IMG/VR virus record: IMGVR_UViG_3300042874_000014
Strand: one strand, 5' to 3'
DNA length: 64,000 nucleotides
Source: an uncultured virus (IMG/VR IMGVR_UViG_3300042874_000014)
Taxonomy: Duplodnaviria > Heunggongvirae > Uroviricota > Caudoviricetes > Crassvirales
Below the pieces are notes generated by a model. It had not been told where the DNA came from and searched no databases. It saw nothing but the letters and a program-made list of their open reading frames with translations. A program made the position numbers and the translations under genes. How positions within the stretch are numbered: position 1 is the first letter of the stretch; each line of letters starts with the position of its first letter. This document shows, piece after piece, positions 18,754 to 28,878 of the stretch.

Positions 18754-19632
18754 ATGAATGATATTAAAAAACATACTGCAAACGATGGATTAGCAATAAG
18801 TGATAAACTTAATCACACATTGTCTGAATTACGTGAAGCAGCCGAAAGTTTAATGTTAGCTGGTACATACAATAAGCAACTAGAGAAAGTTGAAGATGTA
18901 ATGTTTGCAATGGCAGTGGGATTAGAAATAGGTTTACCACCTGTTACTTCTATCATGCTAGGCAAGAAATTAAATCAAAGTACAATCTTTAGTGTTCTAA
19001 AAGGTAAAAGTATGGGAATTGACCCAATCACAGCGATTGAGAATATACATATTATACCAACAAAGAACGGCGATATCTCTGTAACTGGCGTACATATCAT
19101 TACAGCCCAATTAGCGAAGGCAGGTGTAACATTTGATATACTAGAAGATGCAACACCTCTATATAAATATATGGACGCTAATCGTAATGTATATGATGTA
19201 GATATTGTAAAATCTAATCCTGAACTATTCTATATCGCTAAGACCGATGCTGATGAAAAAGGTAAGATTAAAGTTGCATTATCTGGCGTACCTGCTACTA
19301 AAAGAACGAGTATTAAATTCAGACGTAAACTATTTACTGGTGAGTTTAATGAGATAATTATTAGATATACATTACAAGAAGCTACAGACGCTGGTCTATA
19401 CAATGGAGTACATTCTATTAAAGGTATTGATGTAAAAGGTAAAGACAATTGGAACGAGAATCCAGCTACCATGTTACGCAATCGAGTGTTATCCATAGGT
19501 GGTAGAATTATAGCATCTGATTATTTAAAAGGTACGTATGAGTTTTCCGAAATATCCTATGATGTAAATAATGAAGTTGTTATACCAGAGGGTACTACAA
19601 CTATTCTAGGGAATAATGGAAATCCTATTTAA
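18754..19632 (+). CDS. RecT/Bet-like single-strand annealing protein
   Basis: G..MGIDP..AIENIHII; YTLQEA..AGL...KDNW..NP..ML.NR.LS..GR. Confidence 0.75.
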   Translation: MNDIKKHTANDGLAISDKLNHTLSELREAAESLMLAGTYNKQLEKVEDVMFAMAVGLEIGLPPVTSIMLGKKLNQSTIFSVLKGKSMGIDPITAIENIHIIPTKNGDISVTGVHIITAQLAKAGVTFDILEDATPLYKYMDANRNVYDVDIVKSNPELFYIAKTDADEKGKIKVALSGVPATKRTSIKFRRKLFTGEFNEIIIRYTLQEATDAGLYNGVHSIKGIDVKGKDNWNENPATMLRNRVLSIGGRIIASDYLKGTYEFSEISYDVNNEVVIPEGTTTILGNNGNPI

Positions 19633-19691
19633 TAAATCATACACAACAAGTAATTAATCAATTTTTTATTAATATTTTAAAACGTAAAATT

Positions 19692-20303
19692 ATGTTAATG
19701 TTTAAAACACCTCAATTGTCAGTTTCAAAAAGAAACGTATCATTAGTACCAGTATTGTCAATTGCCCCTACTGAGGGTATTGTTCGATTGAACGAAGCCG
19801 CTAGTAAATTCTTAGGAATTAAATCTAGTGAGTACATGGCGTTCTTTAATAACGAGAATGTGATTCTTGAGGCATTGCAAAATAAAGATAGCGAAGACCA
19901 TGCCGCTCTTCAAGAATGGGCTGAGGAAAATAACACAACCGCTGACAAGTATCCATTGACATTTTGGGTTGCTAAAGGTTGGGGATTAGTAGACGAGAAA
20001 GGTAATCCTATCATGGGCGTTGAGCGATTGTCAAAAAGTGATATCGACAATGGTGTAGTTGCCGAAGAAGTACAACGATACGTTGGTAGCAAGATGAGTT
20101 CGCAAACCGGTGCTACTGGTTACGGTACATTGTCTGGTGCATCTATCGTTAACTGGAAGAAGTTAGGTGGTAGCAAAACTGGTAAAGTAGCTTACACTAT
20201 TAACCCACAAGGTATTTCAGTAGATATGGACGGTCGTGATGTTACTATGTACGAATTAGTATTTGACGAAACTGCCGATTCATCTGATTTAGATAACGAA
20301 TAG
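19692..20303 (+). CDS. replication-module protein with acidic tail
   Basis: 203-aa ORF between SSAP and SSB-like genes; ends ETADSSDLDNE. Confidence 0.7.
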   Translation: MLMFKTPQLSVSKRNVSLVPVLSIAPTEGIVRLNEAASKFLGIKSSEYMAFFNNENVILEALQNKDSEDHAALQEWAEENNTTADKYPLTFWVAKGWGLVDEKGNPIMGVERLSKSDIDNGVVAEEVQRYVGSKMSSQTGATGYGTLSGASIVNWKKLGGSKTGKVAYTINPQGISVDMDGRDVTMYELVFDETADSSDLDNE

Positions 20304-20327
20304 TATCTGTTAGATATAACAATAGAG

Positions 20328-20352
20328 AAAGCGGTGTAATGCCGCTTTTTTT
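20328..20352 (+). terminator. intrinsic terminator
   Basis: aaagcggt...gccgc followed by T7. Confidence 0.8.
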
Positions 20353-20402
20353 AGCTCTAATAAAAAATAACCAATCATTAATTTTATAAAATTTTAAGTA
20401 TC

Positions 20403-21158
20403 ATGGCAAGAGGTATTACGAAAGAAACAAGAAGCGGAAGCTTTAGAAAGTTTAAGCCAGTTCCTGAAAAACATTACGGATTAAATATTGCAGTATTGCA
20501 TTCTGTTACTGTTACAAAACATATTGCAAAAGAAGATTCAAAACAAGAGAGTTTTAGAGGTTTAGAAGTACCTCGTATCACTTTTGAATTTAGAGAGTTT
20601 ACAAAAGACGAACCTGCTATTTTCTATCATAGCTATAACGCTTTAGAATTAGATAGAGAATCAACAACTATGTTAGAAGATGCTATGTTTCAAATGACAA
20701 ACCACTTTATCAGTGCTTTTAAACATGACATTACAGATGAAGAATATACACTCTTAAATATGACAGCTACTGAAAACTCTAAACCTAGTGAAGTATTAGC
20801 TGACTATAATAAGTTTTTCGACGGTGTCGCTAAGATATTCAACGAGGGTAATAACGGTAAAGCTATCTTTAAGAATGACAAAGACGAGCCACGTGTTATA
20901 TACCTTAAATTGTTGATGTATCAATTAATTAAAGGTCAATCATCTTTAGTCAATAAAGGCGACTTCGGTATTCCTATGTTTGTAGGCGAAGGTATTGTAG
21001 AACTTTATCGTAAAGATATTAAACCTAATCTAGCTATCAATATTGCAAAAGGTGAATCGATTATTCCTCGTGAAGCTACAAGTAGTATTGCAAAGTCCGC
21101 CAAACCTGCGAATAGTTCGCCTGTATCAGAAGATGATATACCAGACGATTTAAAATAA
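20403..21158 (+). CDS. putative single-stranded DNA-binding protein
   Basis: Flexible tail ending EDDIPDDLK; position before primase. Confidence 0.55.
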   Translation: MARGITKETRSGSFRKFKPVPEKHYGLNIAVLHSVTVTKHIAKEDSKQESFRGLEVPRITFEFREFTKDEPAIFYHSYNALELDRESTTMLEDAMFQMTNHFISAFKHDITDEEYTLLNMTATENSKPSEVLADYNKFFDGVAKIFNEGNNGKAIFKNDKDEPRVIYLKLLMYQLIKGQSSLVNKGDFGIPMFVGEGIVELYRKDIKPNLAINIAKGESIIPREATSSIAKSAKPANSSPVSEDDIPDDLK

Positions 21159-21178
21159 TAAGTTAATACTATTTTAAA

Positions 21179-21215
21179 AAAGCCTCATTACGCAAGTAGT
21201 GGGGCTTTATTATTT
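21179..21215 (+). terminator. hairpin or terminator
   Basis: aagcctcattac-GCAA-gtagtggggctt followed by a T-rich run. Confidence 0.6.
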
Positions 21216-21217
21216 AT

Positions 21218-22819
21218 ATGCGAGGTATAACTAAGAAACTATCTAAAGATGATATACTAGAGCATGTTTCACAAGCTAGTATATTTGCATTTTATATAAA
21301 TGTTTTACTGAATAGAATTGATATAACAGAAGAACATATAGACGAAATAGAAATGAATAACCTACTTATTAACTCACCTATAAGAACAGATAATAATCCA
21401 TCTATGGGTTTTAAATATAATAAGAAAGGTAAGCTAAGAGCTAAAGACTTCGCTGGTTACTTTTGGGGTGATTGTTTTGATTTTGTAGGTTATATATCTA
21501 ATGTCAATGTATCAACTAAGAATGGATTTTATACTATTCTGAAAAAGATAGTAACCGACATGAAGATAAACATAACCGATGTAATAATCGAAGATAGTAT
21601 AGAAATAAAAATAGTACGTGATTTAGTACGTAATCGAAAACACGTATTTACAATAATCGAAAGAGACTGGAATGACAATGATGTTAAATATTGGGAACAG
21701 TATCGAATAGATATAGATTTCCTAAGAATGTACCATGTAGTACCAGTAGAATATTATTACGTAGATAAAGAGATACAACCTATGGTTAAATATAACTATC
21801 GAGTTAATGATAGATGCTATGCTTATATGTTCGGTAAGGATAATATGGGTATAGATAACGTAGAATTGTATTTTCCAGATAGAGGTAGACAAGATGATTA
21901 TTCTAGGTTTATAACAAACGCTAGTGTGATAAAAGGTCTACTTAACTATCATAATTCAGCAGAGACTTTAATAATAACCAAATCGTATAAAGACGTTATT
22001 GCGATAATGAAATTTATATACGATAACTATCGCAATGAATTTTATAATACTAATTGCATAGCAACAAGCGGTGAAACAACATACTTACCAGTAGGGAAAC
22101 TAGACTATCTTATACGTACTCATAAGCGACATATAACATTACTAGATTTCGATAGAGCTGGCATACAAGCATCACAACATTATAAAAAGTATGGATTCAT
22201 ACCTTTATTTATAACAAATGGCAGATTTAATACTATAAACTATTACGCTAAAGATTTTACAGATTTCATAAGTAGAACAGGAGTTAAAAAACTAAAAACA
22301 TTAATGGACGATATATATCCCTCACTAATAAACGTAACTACTATACGTATACGATTATTAAGACGTAAATCAGAATTGCTAAGGAAAGATAATAAGCAAG
22401 CTATTTTAGTAACTAGCATAAGTGAAGAATTAGCAAAAAACATAGAATCAATAGCTGACAAGCCTACAAGTATTATATCAATACATGGTGTAGATATATT
22501 AATACGACAAGTATTAGCATTAGGAGAATCAGATACCGCTACTGAAACACAAATAAAATTATGGATTGATAAGCTAGACGACGTATGGATTCCTGCTGAT
22601 TACAATCCTATTGACAATACCCAACTATGTAAAATAGATAATCTTAATAAGGTTATACCGCTATATACACAGCCGGGAAGTTTTAAACGATATTTCGATT
22701 TTATAATAGGCAGTATTGACAATCCTAAGCACATACTTGTATTTAGTATGCCTTTGATTCAATACTACAACGCAACTAAGAAACTTTTTGAATTTATAGA
22801 ATATGATACAGTATCTTAA
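21218..22819 (+). CDS. DnaG-like primase (crAss-type) with C-terminal extension
   Basis: SPIRTDNNPS, DF.G..GDCFDFV, ITKSYKDV, DFDRAG, KDFTDF. Confidence 0.85.
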   Translation: MRGITKKLSKDDILEHVSQASIFAFYINVLLNRIDITEEHIDEIEMNNLLINSPIRTDNNPSMGFKYNKKGKLRAKDFAGYFWGDCFDFVGYISNVNVSTKNGFYTILKKIVTDMKINITDVIIEDSIEIKIVRDLVRNRKHVFTIIERDWNDNDVKYWEQYRIDIDFLRMYHVVPVEYYYVDKEIQPMVKYNYRVNDRCYAYMFGKDNMGIDNVELYFPDRGRQDDYSRFITNASVIKGLLNYHNSAETLIITKSYKDVIAIMKFIYDNYRNEFYNTNCIATSGETTYLPVGKLDYLIRTHKRHITLLDFDRAGIQASQHYKKYGFIPLFITNGRFNTINYYAKDFTDFISRTGVKKLKTLMDDIYPSLINVTTIRIRLLRRKSELLRKDNKQAILVTSISEELAKNIESIADKPTSIISIHGVDILIRQVLALGESDTATETQIKLWIDKLDDVWIPADYNPIDNTQLCKIDNLNKVIPLYTQPGSFKRYFDFIIGSIDNPKHILVFSMPLIQYYNATKKLFEFIEYDTVS

Positions 22820-23831
22820 TTTAGTCAAGAACGTATTATCTAATGGTAGAAACAAAGATACTAGAACAGGTAATACTATATCGTTGCACGGTAATATTAG
22901 TAGATACGATTTACGTAATGGATTTCCTATATTAACTACTAAGTATGTAAATATTAATTCCGTAGCTAGTGAATTAGAATGGTTTCTAAAAGGAAGTAGT
23001 AACATCAAAGAGTTGATTAATAACGATGTACATATATGGGACGAAGATGCTTACGGTTATACTGTTAGAAAACACGGTGGTTTCATATTAGATAGAGTTG
23101 CTGAACATTTCGGTATAGAAACATCTTTAAAAGATTACGATTTATATAAATTACTACTAGCTGAACCAGACCTATTTCCGTTTAACATAACATCTGTTGG
23201 GCGAATGTATGGCTATCAATGGCGTAAGTTTAATGGAGAATTAGACCAAATTAGTAACGCACTAGATAAACTTAAAACTAATCCTTTAGATAGAGCTATA
23301 ATAGTAACTGCTTATAATCCTTTGGATATTGAACAACAAGCTATTAATACTTGTCATACCATGTTTCAATTACTAGCTTCACCTATGACGTTGGCTGAAC
23401 GAATAGAACACGCAAGTATGATATTCGAAGCAGGTACTACATTAGATTATATAGAACATGAATTAGATAGTGCTAAAGTACCTAAGTATTTCTTAGACCT
23501 AGCTCTGTATCAGAGAAGTGGTGATATATTCTTAGGAGTGCCGTATAACATATCTAATTACTCATTGTTATTAAGTATCTTTGCTAAAGAGAGTAACATG
23601 ATACCTAGAGAGTTTATTCACACTATCGGTGATGCTCATATTTATAAAAATCATATAAGTCAATTAACACAAATGTTAGATAATGACTTATACAGATTAC
23701 CAGTATTAGTCTTAGACAAAGATACTACTTTAAATAGTTTTACACATAGTCACGTTAGACTTATAGATTATAATTCACATAAATTCCTACATGGTAAATT
23801 AAACACAGGTCATGACAAATGTAAAGTATAA
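22803..23831 (+). CDS. thyA: thymidylate synthase
   Basis: DTRTG, FPILTTK, ELEWF, YG.QWR, CH..FQ, YQRSGDIFLGVPYN, GDAHIY.NH. Confidence 0.95.
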   Translation: MIQYLNLVKNVLSNGRNKDTRTGNTISLHGNISRYDLRNGFPILTTKYVNINSVASELEWFLKGSSNIKELINNDVHIWDEDAYGYTVRKHGGFILDRVAEHFGIETSLKDYDLYKLLLAEPDLFPFNITSVGRMYGYQWRKFNGELDQISNALDKLKTNPLDRAIIVTAYNPLDIEQQAINTCHTMFQLLASPMTLAERIEHASMIFEAGTTLDYIEHELDSAKVPKYFLDLALYQRSGDIFLGVPYNISNYSLLLSIFAKESNMIPREFIHTIGDAHIYKNHISQLTQMLDNDLYRLPVLVLDKDTTLNSFTHSHVRLIDYNSHKFLHGKLNTGHDKCKV

Positions 23832-24252
23832 CTTTCTGTCTGAATTAGACAAAGGTAAAATAGAACGAGGTCTAAAGAGTATGAGCGATAAAGAGGTTAA
23901 TGAATTAAGTCTCTTTTATAAAGCTATTTTAGAGAATCCCGAATTATATAATTACAAGTCTTTTGCATATGAATCTTTTAAATATAGTATTATATATCTT
24001 ATAAAATCTAATAGGAGTACTATAACTATGGACGAGATGCTTGATATTGATATAATACGAGCAACATCACCCGTAATAGTAAGAAGTAAGAAGTCAGTAC
24101 TATCACCTAACGCTAAGAAACTAATGAGAATAGCTGATAGTGAAGAAGAAATAGCTGAAGATAGAGAAGAATTTATAAAACAAGTGATGGAGAATTATAA
24201 AGCAACACGACAAGTAAATAATTTAAACTTAAATAAAAAATCTAATGAATAA
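23812..24252 (+). CDS. hypothetical protein
   Basis: 146-aa operonic ORF. Confidence 0.7.
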   Translation: MTNVKYNFLSELDKGKIERGLKSMSDKEVNELSLFYKAILENPELYNYKSFAYESFKYSIIYLIKSNRSTITMDEMLDIDIIRATSPVIVRSKKSVLSPNAKKLMRIADSEEEIAEDREEFIKQVMENYKATRQVNNLNLNKKSNE

Positions 24253-24499
24253 CGAAGTATTGCAGAGATTAGAACAAGAGCGTAAAGAACTATCAGATAA
24301 ACAAGGTAAGCTAAAAGCTTTTATAGATTCTGATGAATTTAATACATTAAGTATGCCTGAAAGTGCTATACTATTAGTACAATCTGATGTAATGACGATG
24401 TACTATAATGTATTATCGCTAAGATTACTTATAGACAGTAATATCAAGGACATCAACAATTCCCACCTTACGGGGGAAGATACATCAAACAACAAGTAG
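24245..24499 (+). CDS. small helical-hairpin protein (crAss001_48-like)
   Basis: RL..ERKEL..K..KL.AFI...LL..Q..VM..Y..VL..R pattern. Confidence 0.65.
   Translation: MNNEVLQRLEQERKELSDKQGKLKAFIDSDEFNTLSMPESAILLVQSDVMTMYYNVLSLRLLIDSNIKDINNSHLTGEDTSNNK
24455..24482 (-). repeat. dispersed CCCCCGTA motif, copy 6 (inside CDS)
   Basis: caacaattcccaccttacgggggaagat. Confidence 0.85.
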
Positions 24500-24500
24500 A

Positions 24501-26105
24501 ATGGAAGAGATAAACAAAAATGTTATAATTAAAAAGACAGATAGTGATATTATTACAGGTAAAAATGCAATTTATGATATCGCTAAGTATATACTTACAC
24601 CTGTTATAGCAAGTATTGGCCCTCATGGTAGTTTGACTAGTATTCAACACTTTCGAGGCAATGAGTTTAAATTTACATTAACTAAAGATGGTATAACTAT
24701 CTTAAAGAGTCATAAGTATAATACATCTCATTATAGATTCGTACATAAAGTATTAATTGAAGCAGCCGATAATACTGTAAATAATGTAGGCGATGGCACA
24801 TCATCAACTTTATTATTTATTGAATTATTATTAGCTGAGTTAGTTACATTGGCACAAGCTGTAAATAGTAAAAAACTTGGTATTACTGTAAAGAGTATAG
24901 TAGACAGGTTACGTATCAGTGAACCTAGTATATTAAATTATTTAACAAGTATGGCAAAACCAGTAACTTTAGATTCAATATACGATATAGCTATGATTGC
25001 TTCTAATGGTGATGAAGAGATGTCAAACCATATAGCAGCTATAATAAACACCTATGGTTTTGAACCGTATATTGACGTAATTGAATCTGATTTAAAATCA
25101 ACTCATATTACTACCTATAAAGGTATAGTTTATGATGATGTTGAACTATCTTCTTATTTCCTTAAAAGTAACAGACTTGAAGCAGAGAACGCAAAGATAA
25201 TAATAATAGATAAGAAGTTACATACGTTAGAACCATATATTACATTATTAGATAGAGCTATTCAGAATAATGAAACTCTTATAGTAATGGCATTAGGTTT
25301 TGAAGATAATGTAATGAACATATTTATAGAAAATTCAACACGTGGTTCTAAAATCATTCCTGTAAAGATTCCGGGATTGGCTACTGAACGTAATGACAAT
25401 ATAGCTAATATTATAGCATTAACAGACGCACCGTATATATCAGATACGATAGGCACTGTAATTGAGAATATTAAATATGAAGACTTAGGTCTTATTAAGA
25501 ATTTTAAAATAGTTGCTGATAAAATGATAATAGAGCCTGTCGATACTGATAACATTACTAATAATATTCAGAAACGTATAAATTTTATACTTAGTGAAAT
25601 TAACGCTATTAAAGTTGATTCCGATATACATAGCTCTGATAAGGAGTATAAGATAGCGAAATTAACTAAGTATAAGTCTATGCTGGCATCAGGTAATGTT
25701 AAAATATTAGTAGGTAGCGATACACCGAGTAATACTAAAGAACTTAAAGATAGATACGACGATGCAATATCTGCTTGTATAAACGCTAAACATGGTGTTG
25801 TTACTGGTGCTGGTGCGATATACGAACAATTAGCAAATAGACTAAACTCTGATACGTACTTAAATATTGATTTTATTATAATGAGTGCTGTATCAAGAGC
25901 TATTAGTAAACTAGGTGATACTTTATATAATAAAGCATTCCCTAACGCTAAGACTAATACAGATTTACCATTAAGTATGGAGATTCCAAATAACGTTATA
26001 GAACCATTACTTATATCACATAATGTAATAAGCAATGGATTTACTGCTGTAACTATATTATTAAAAACTAATTATATAATTGCTGACGATGTCCACTACA
26101 TTTGA
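24501..26105 (+). CDS. groEL: GroEL-like chaperonin
   Basis: IGPHG, LTKDGITI, VGDGTSS, IASNGD, KELKDRYDDA, GVVTGAG, VIEP. Confidence 0.92.
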   Translation: MEEINKNVIIKKTDSDIITGKNAIYDIAKYILTPVIASIGPHGSLTSIQHFRGNEFKFTLTKDGITILKSHKYNTSHYRFVHKVLIEAADNTVNNVGDGTSSTLLFIELLLAELVTLAQAVNSKKLGITVKSIVDRLRISEPSILNYLTSMAKPVTLDSIYDIAMIASNGDEEMSNHIAAIINTYGFEPYIDVIESDLKSTHITTYKGIVYDDVELSSYFLKSNRLEAENAKIIIIDKKLHTLEPYITLLDRAIQNNETLIVMALGFEDNVMNIFIENSTRGSKIIPVKIPGLATERNDNIANIIALTDAPYISDTIGTVIENIKYEDLGLIKNFKIVADKMIIEPVDTDNITNNIQKRINFILSEINAIKVDSDIHSSDKEYKIAKLTKYKSMLASGNVKILVGSDTPSNTKELKDRYDDAISACINAKHGVVTGAGAIYEQLANRLNSDTYLNIDFIIMSAVSRAISKLGDTLYNKAFPNAKTNTDLPLSMEIPNNVIEPLLISHNVISNGFTAVTILLKTNYIIADDVHYI

Positions 26106-27303
26106 TGAAAGTACAGTCTTTTTAATAAAGATTGCAAGTAAAGATGTATTATTTTATACAGCTACTAAACAAGTTAATAAGATATATAAATCTTGGGGGT
26201 CTTATCGAAAATCCCCCGTAAGTGGGGAATATGTGCCTGAGAATCACGGTAAATACAAGTCTATGAGCGATAAACTAACACATGAATTTATAAAGCTTAT
26301 AAGCGATAAGATTAATGATGGTTACAAACAATTAGATAATTACATGACGTATGAGCAATTCATAGAATATGTAAATGACAATAAGCTATTAGATACTATC
26401 GATATAACTACTGATAAGAATGGTAACGTTAAACCACAATTAGCTAAACCTTTTAAAGCAAATGTTATAAAAGGTTTACGGATAGTACAAGATAAGATTA
26501 ATGGCGTTAGAGCACTACCTCAATTAAAATCATCTGACAACGTTGATTTATTCTCTAGTGCGGGCTTTGTATGTAGAATCACGTCGAGAGAAGGGATTAC
26601 ATACAGAGTACCTCATTTAGAGGAGTTATTAAGAACATTATTAGTTATAGCAGAAGATGAAATAGGACGCCATGTAATATTAGATGGTGAGTTATATATT
26701 GATAAAGCAAGTGTTACAACTATCGCTGGGGCAGCTAAGAATCAGAATAATGATTTACATTCAGAGCTAGTGTTTAAGTGGTATGATATAGCTATATCAG
26801 ATATGGATAATAACAAACGTGATTATTATCGTAAATTAATATTCGATAAGTTTGCTGCTTATAATACAGATAAGAAGATAGTATTAATCGAATCGCTGTA
26901 CCTTAATAGTGATGCTGAAACAGTAGATTACGGTAACAAACGAATAGACGCTGGTGAAGAAGGTATAATAATAAGAAATCCTTATGCTACTTATACATTT
27001 GGCGGTCGAGATAATAGAATGATGAAGTTTAAACGAGTTTATGACGGTGAGTTTAAACTTATTGATATTATTAGTAGTGGTAAAGATAAATATCGAGGTG
27101 AACCTATTGCTATGTTTGTATGTAAGAACGATATAAACGATTTAGTTTTTAACGTAACGCCCGAAGCTAGTAAAGAATTACGTAGAGAGTATTACATTAA
27201 ACAACACGAATTAATAGGTAAATCAATAACTGTTACTTACAGAGAGAGAACTGATAAAGGTTTACCATTTCACACTAACGGTATAATTAGAGATTATGAA
27301 TAA
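26089..27303 (+). CDS. ATP-dependent DNA ligase
   Basis: PQLAK, QDKINGVR (motif I), LDGELY, EGIIIR, MKFK; C-terminal OB fold. Confidence 0.9.
   Translation: MSTTFDESTVFLIKIASKDVLFYTATKQVNKIYKSWGSYRKSPVSGEYVPENHGKYKSMSDKLTHEFIKLISDKINDGYKQLDNYMTYEQFIEYVNDNKLLDTIDITTDKNGNVKPQLAKPFKANVIKGLRIVQDKINGVRALPQLKSSDNVDLFSSAGFVCRITSREGITYRVPHLEELLRTLLVIAEDEIGRHVILDGELYIDKASVTTIAGAAKNQNNDLHSELVFKWYDIAISDMDNNKRDYYRKLIFDKFAAYNTDKKIVLIESLYLNSDAETVDYGNKRIDAGEEGIIIRNPYATYTFGGRDNRMMKFKRVYDGEFKLIDIISSGKDKYRGEPIAMFVCKNDINDLVFNVTPEASKELRREYYIKQHELIGKSITVTYRERTDKGLPFHTNGIIRDYE
26207..26236 (+). repeat. dispersed CCCCCGTA motif, copy 7 (inside ligase)
   Basis: gaaaatcccccgtaagtggggaatatgtgc. Confidence 0.9.
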
Positions 27304-27931
27304 TAACACAAACGATATGTTCGCTCAGAATGATAGTAAAGGATTAGTTAAAGTATTAACTAATCCTGATACTATCTTAGTGCTTAAAGCAACTGATATA
27401 GAGAGTGAAATAAAAAAAGACTTATTAGAAATAGACGATGATAGTATTAAGTTAGCGTATTATTCTAATTTAAAACGTATTCAAGCTGCAATTGAAAGTG
27501 CAGCTAAAGATGTAACTATCAAAGAGGTATTAAGTGAGTCTTTTTATAAAGTTAAAGATAACGATAAAGTAAGACTAACTAATGCTACTATTACATACGG
27601 TGCAACATATACTAAGTATAACTTTGATAATTGCGAGCACCCTGTATTAGATTTCCTAAAGGCTATGGAAGATAAGTTTAAAGAATTAAGAAAGTCCACA
27701 GAGGAAGAACTAAAAGCTATTCCTGAAGTTGAGAACAAAATGGGAGACGATGGTGTTACATCAACATACGGTAAAAAGATATTTATCGATGTTGATGATG
27801 TAGTCGCCAAACTTAATTTTGTAGCAGAGCAAGCTCAAATAGTAATAGATACAATAGATAGCACTGGTGGTATATTTAAAGTATATCGACCTATTAAGGA
27901 ACAACAACTTGGATTAAAAATAGCAAAATAA
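27296..27931 (+). CDS. hypothetical protein
   Basis: 211-aa operonic ORF. Confidence 0.75.
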   Translation: MNNNTNDMFAQNDSKGLVKVLTNPDTILVLKATDIESEIKKDLLEIDDDSIKLAYYSNLKRIQAAIESAAKDVTIKEVLSESFYKVKDNDKVRLTNATITYGATYTKYNFDNCEHPVLDFLKAMEDKFKELRKSTEEELKAIPEVENKMGDDGVTSTYGKKIFIDVDDVVAKLNFVAEQAQIVIDTIDSTGGIFKVYRPIKEQQLGLKIAK

Positions 27932-28246
27932 ATGAGAACTATAAATTTCAGTGAAGCGATAACCCATATTGAAAATGGAGGTATTGTAGTAAGAGAAGAT
28001 AGAATGTTTGAATTTATAGCAATCGGTTCTGAATCAACTATTGAATCAATTGAGCGATTAAAATCTATTTCTGCCTTTTCACATAACGTATTAAAGTTGT
28101 TATCTAATAACGTAAGTGATACTATACGTACTACTGCTTTAGTAGTAAAGATAATTCCTAATGATAGGATTGTGCAAGGTTATGCTTTTACAAGTGATGA
28201 TATGCACGCTAGATATTTTATCGCAGACGTCGAAGTCGATGATTGA
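27932..28246 (+). CDS. DUF2829/Tad2-like protein (divergent)
   Basis: INFSEAI..IENG..V.R at the N-terminus; Y.FTS.DMHA at the C-terminus. Confidence 0.5.
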   Translation: MRTINFSEAITHIENGGIVVREDRMFEFIAIGSESTIESIERLKSISAFSHNVLKLLSNNVSDTIRTTALVVKIIPNDRIVQGYAFTSDDMHARYFIADVEVDD

Positions 28247-28403
28247 TTATGAACTTAACACTAAGGTATCTAAATTGATAGATACCTTAGTTAAGATTGT
28301 ACCTACTACATCTAAGACTAAGAAACAATATTTAAGAGAATCATTCGATAGAGAGATACGTGAATTTATAACTAAAATTGAATTAAATGATAAGACTAAA
28401 TAA
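28239..28403 (+). CDS. small hypothetical protein
   Basis: Likely start MIDYEL at 28239. Confidence 0.55.
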   Translation: MIDYELNTKVSKLIDTLVKIVPTTSKTKKQYLRESFDREIREFITKIELNDKTK

Positions 28404-28878
28404 GTTTAATTGGGATAACATTGAATTATACTTAGCGGTATTCGTATTGAATATAGCTTTAGCGTATAGTGTATATAAATATACTAGACCTGTGGTTATA
28501 GTTAATAATAATAAACAGCAATTAACAGATACTATAAATAGATTAACACTTACAGATAATAATGTCATATACTGGATTACAGTATTTAATATAAAGCACC
28601 CTAATATCGTGCGTAAACAAATTATATTAGAGAGTGGCTACTATAAGTCAAGAAGAACATTACAGCATAATAATATAATAGGTGCTCAAATAAACGATAG
28701 TACCCCCATACATTATGATAATTGGATAGAGAGCCTAGTAGCTTATAAACAGATTCAAAAGACTGTATTAAAGAATAGACGATTAACAGACGGTGAATAT
28801 CTTAACGCATTACGTGAGTATGGATATTTTAAAGACCCTGATTATGAGAGTAAAATAAGACTAATTAAATTAAATTAA
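28387..28878 (+). CDS. membrane-anchored glucosaminidase (GH73-like peptidoglycan hydrolase)
   Basis: N-terminal TM; HP.IV..Q.ILESG...NNIIG, W.ES..AY, GY..DP.Y..KI. Confidence 0.8.
   Translation: MIRLNKFNWDNIELYLAVFVLNIALAYSVYKYTRPVVIVNNNKQQLTDTINRLTLTDNNVIYWITVFNIKHPNIVRKQIILESGYYKSRRTLQHNNIIGAQINDSTPIHYDNWIESLVAYKQIQKTVLKNRRLTDGEYLNALREYGYFKDPDYESKIRLIKLN

Noticed and set aside
22803..23831. ThyA as a dCMP hydroxymethylase or base-modification enzyme
   Set aside because: Retains the dUMP-specifying Asn (GVPYN); no modification genes nearby
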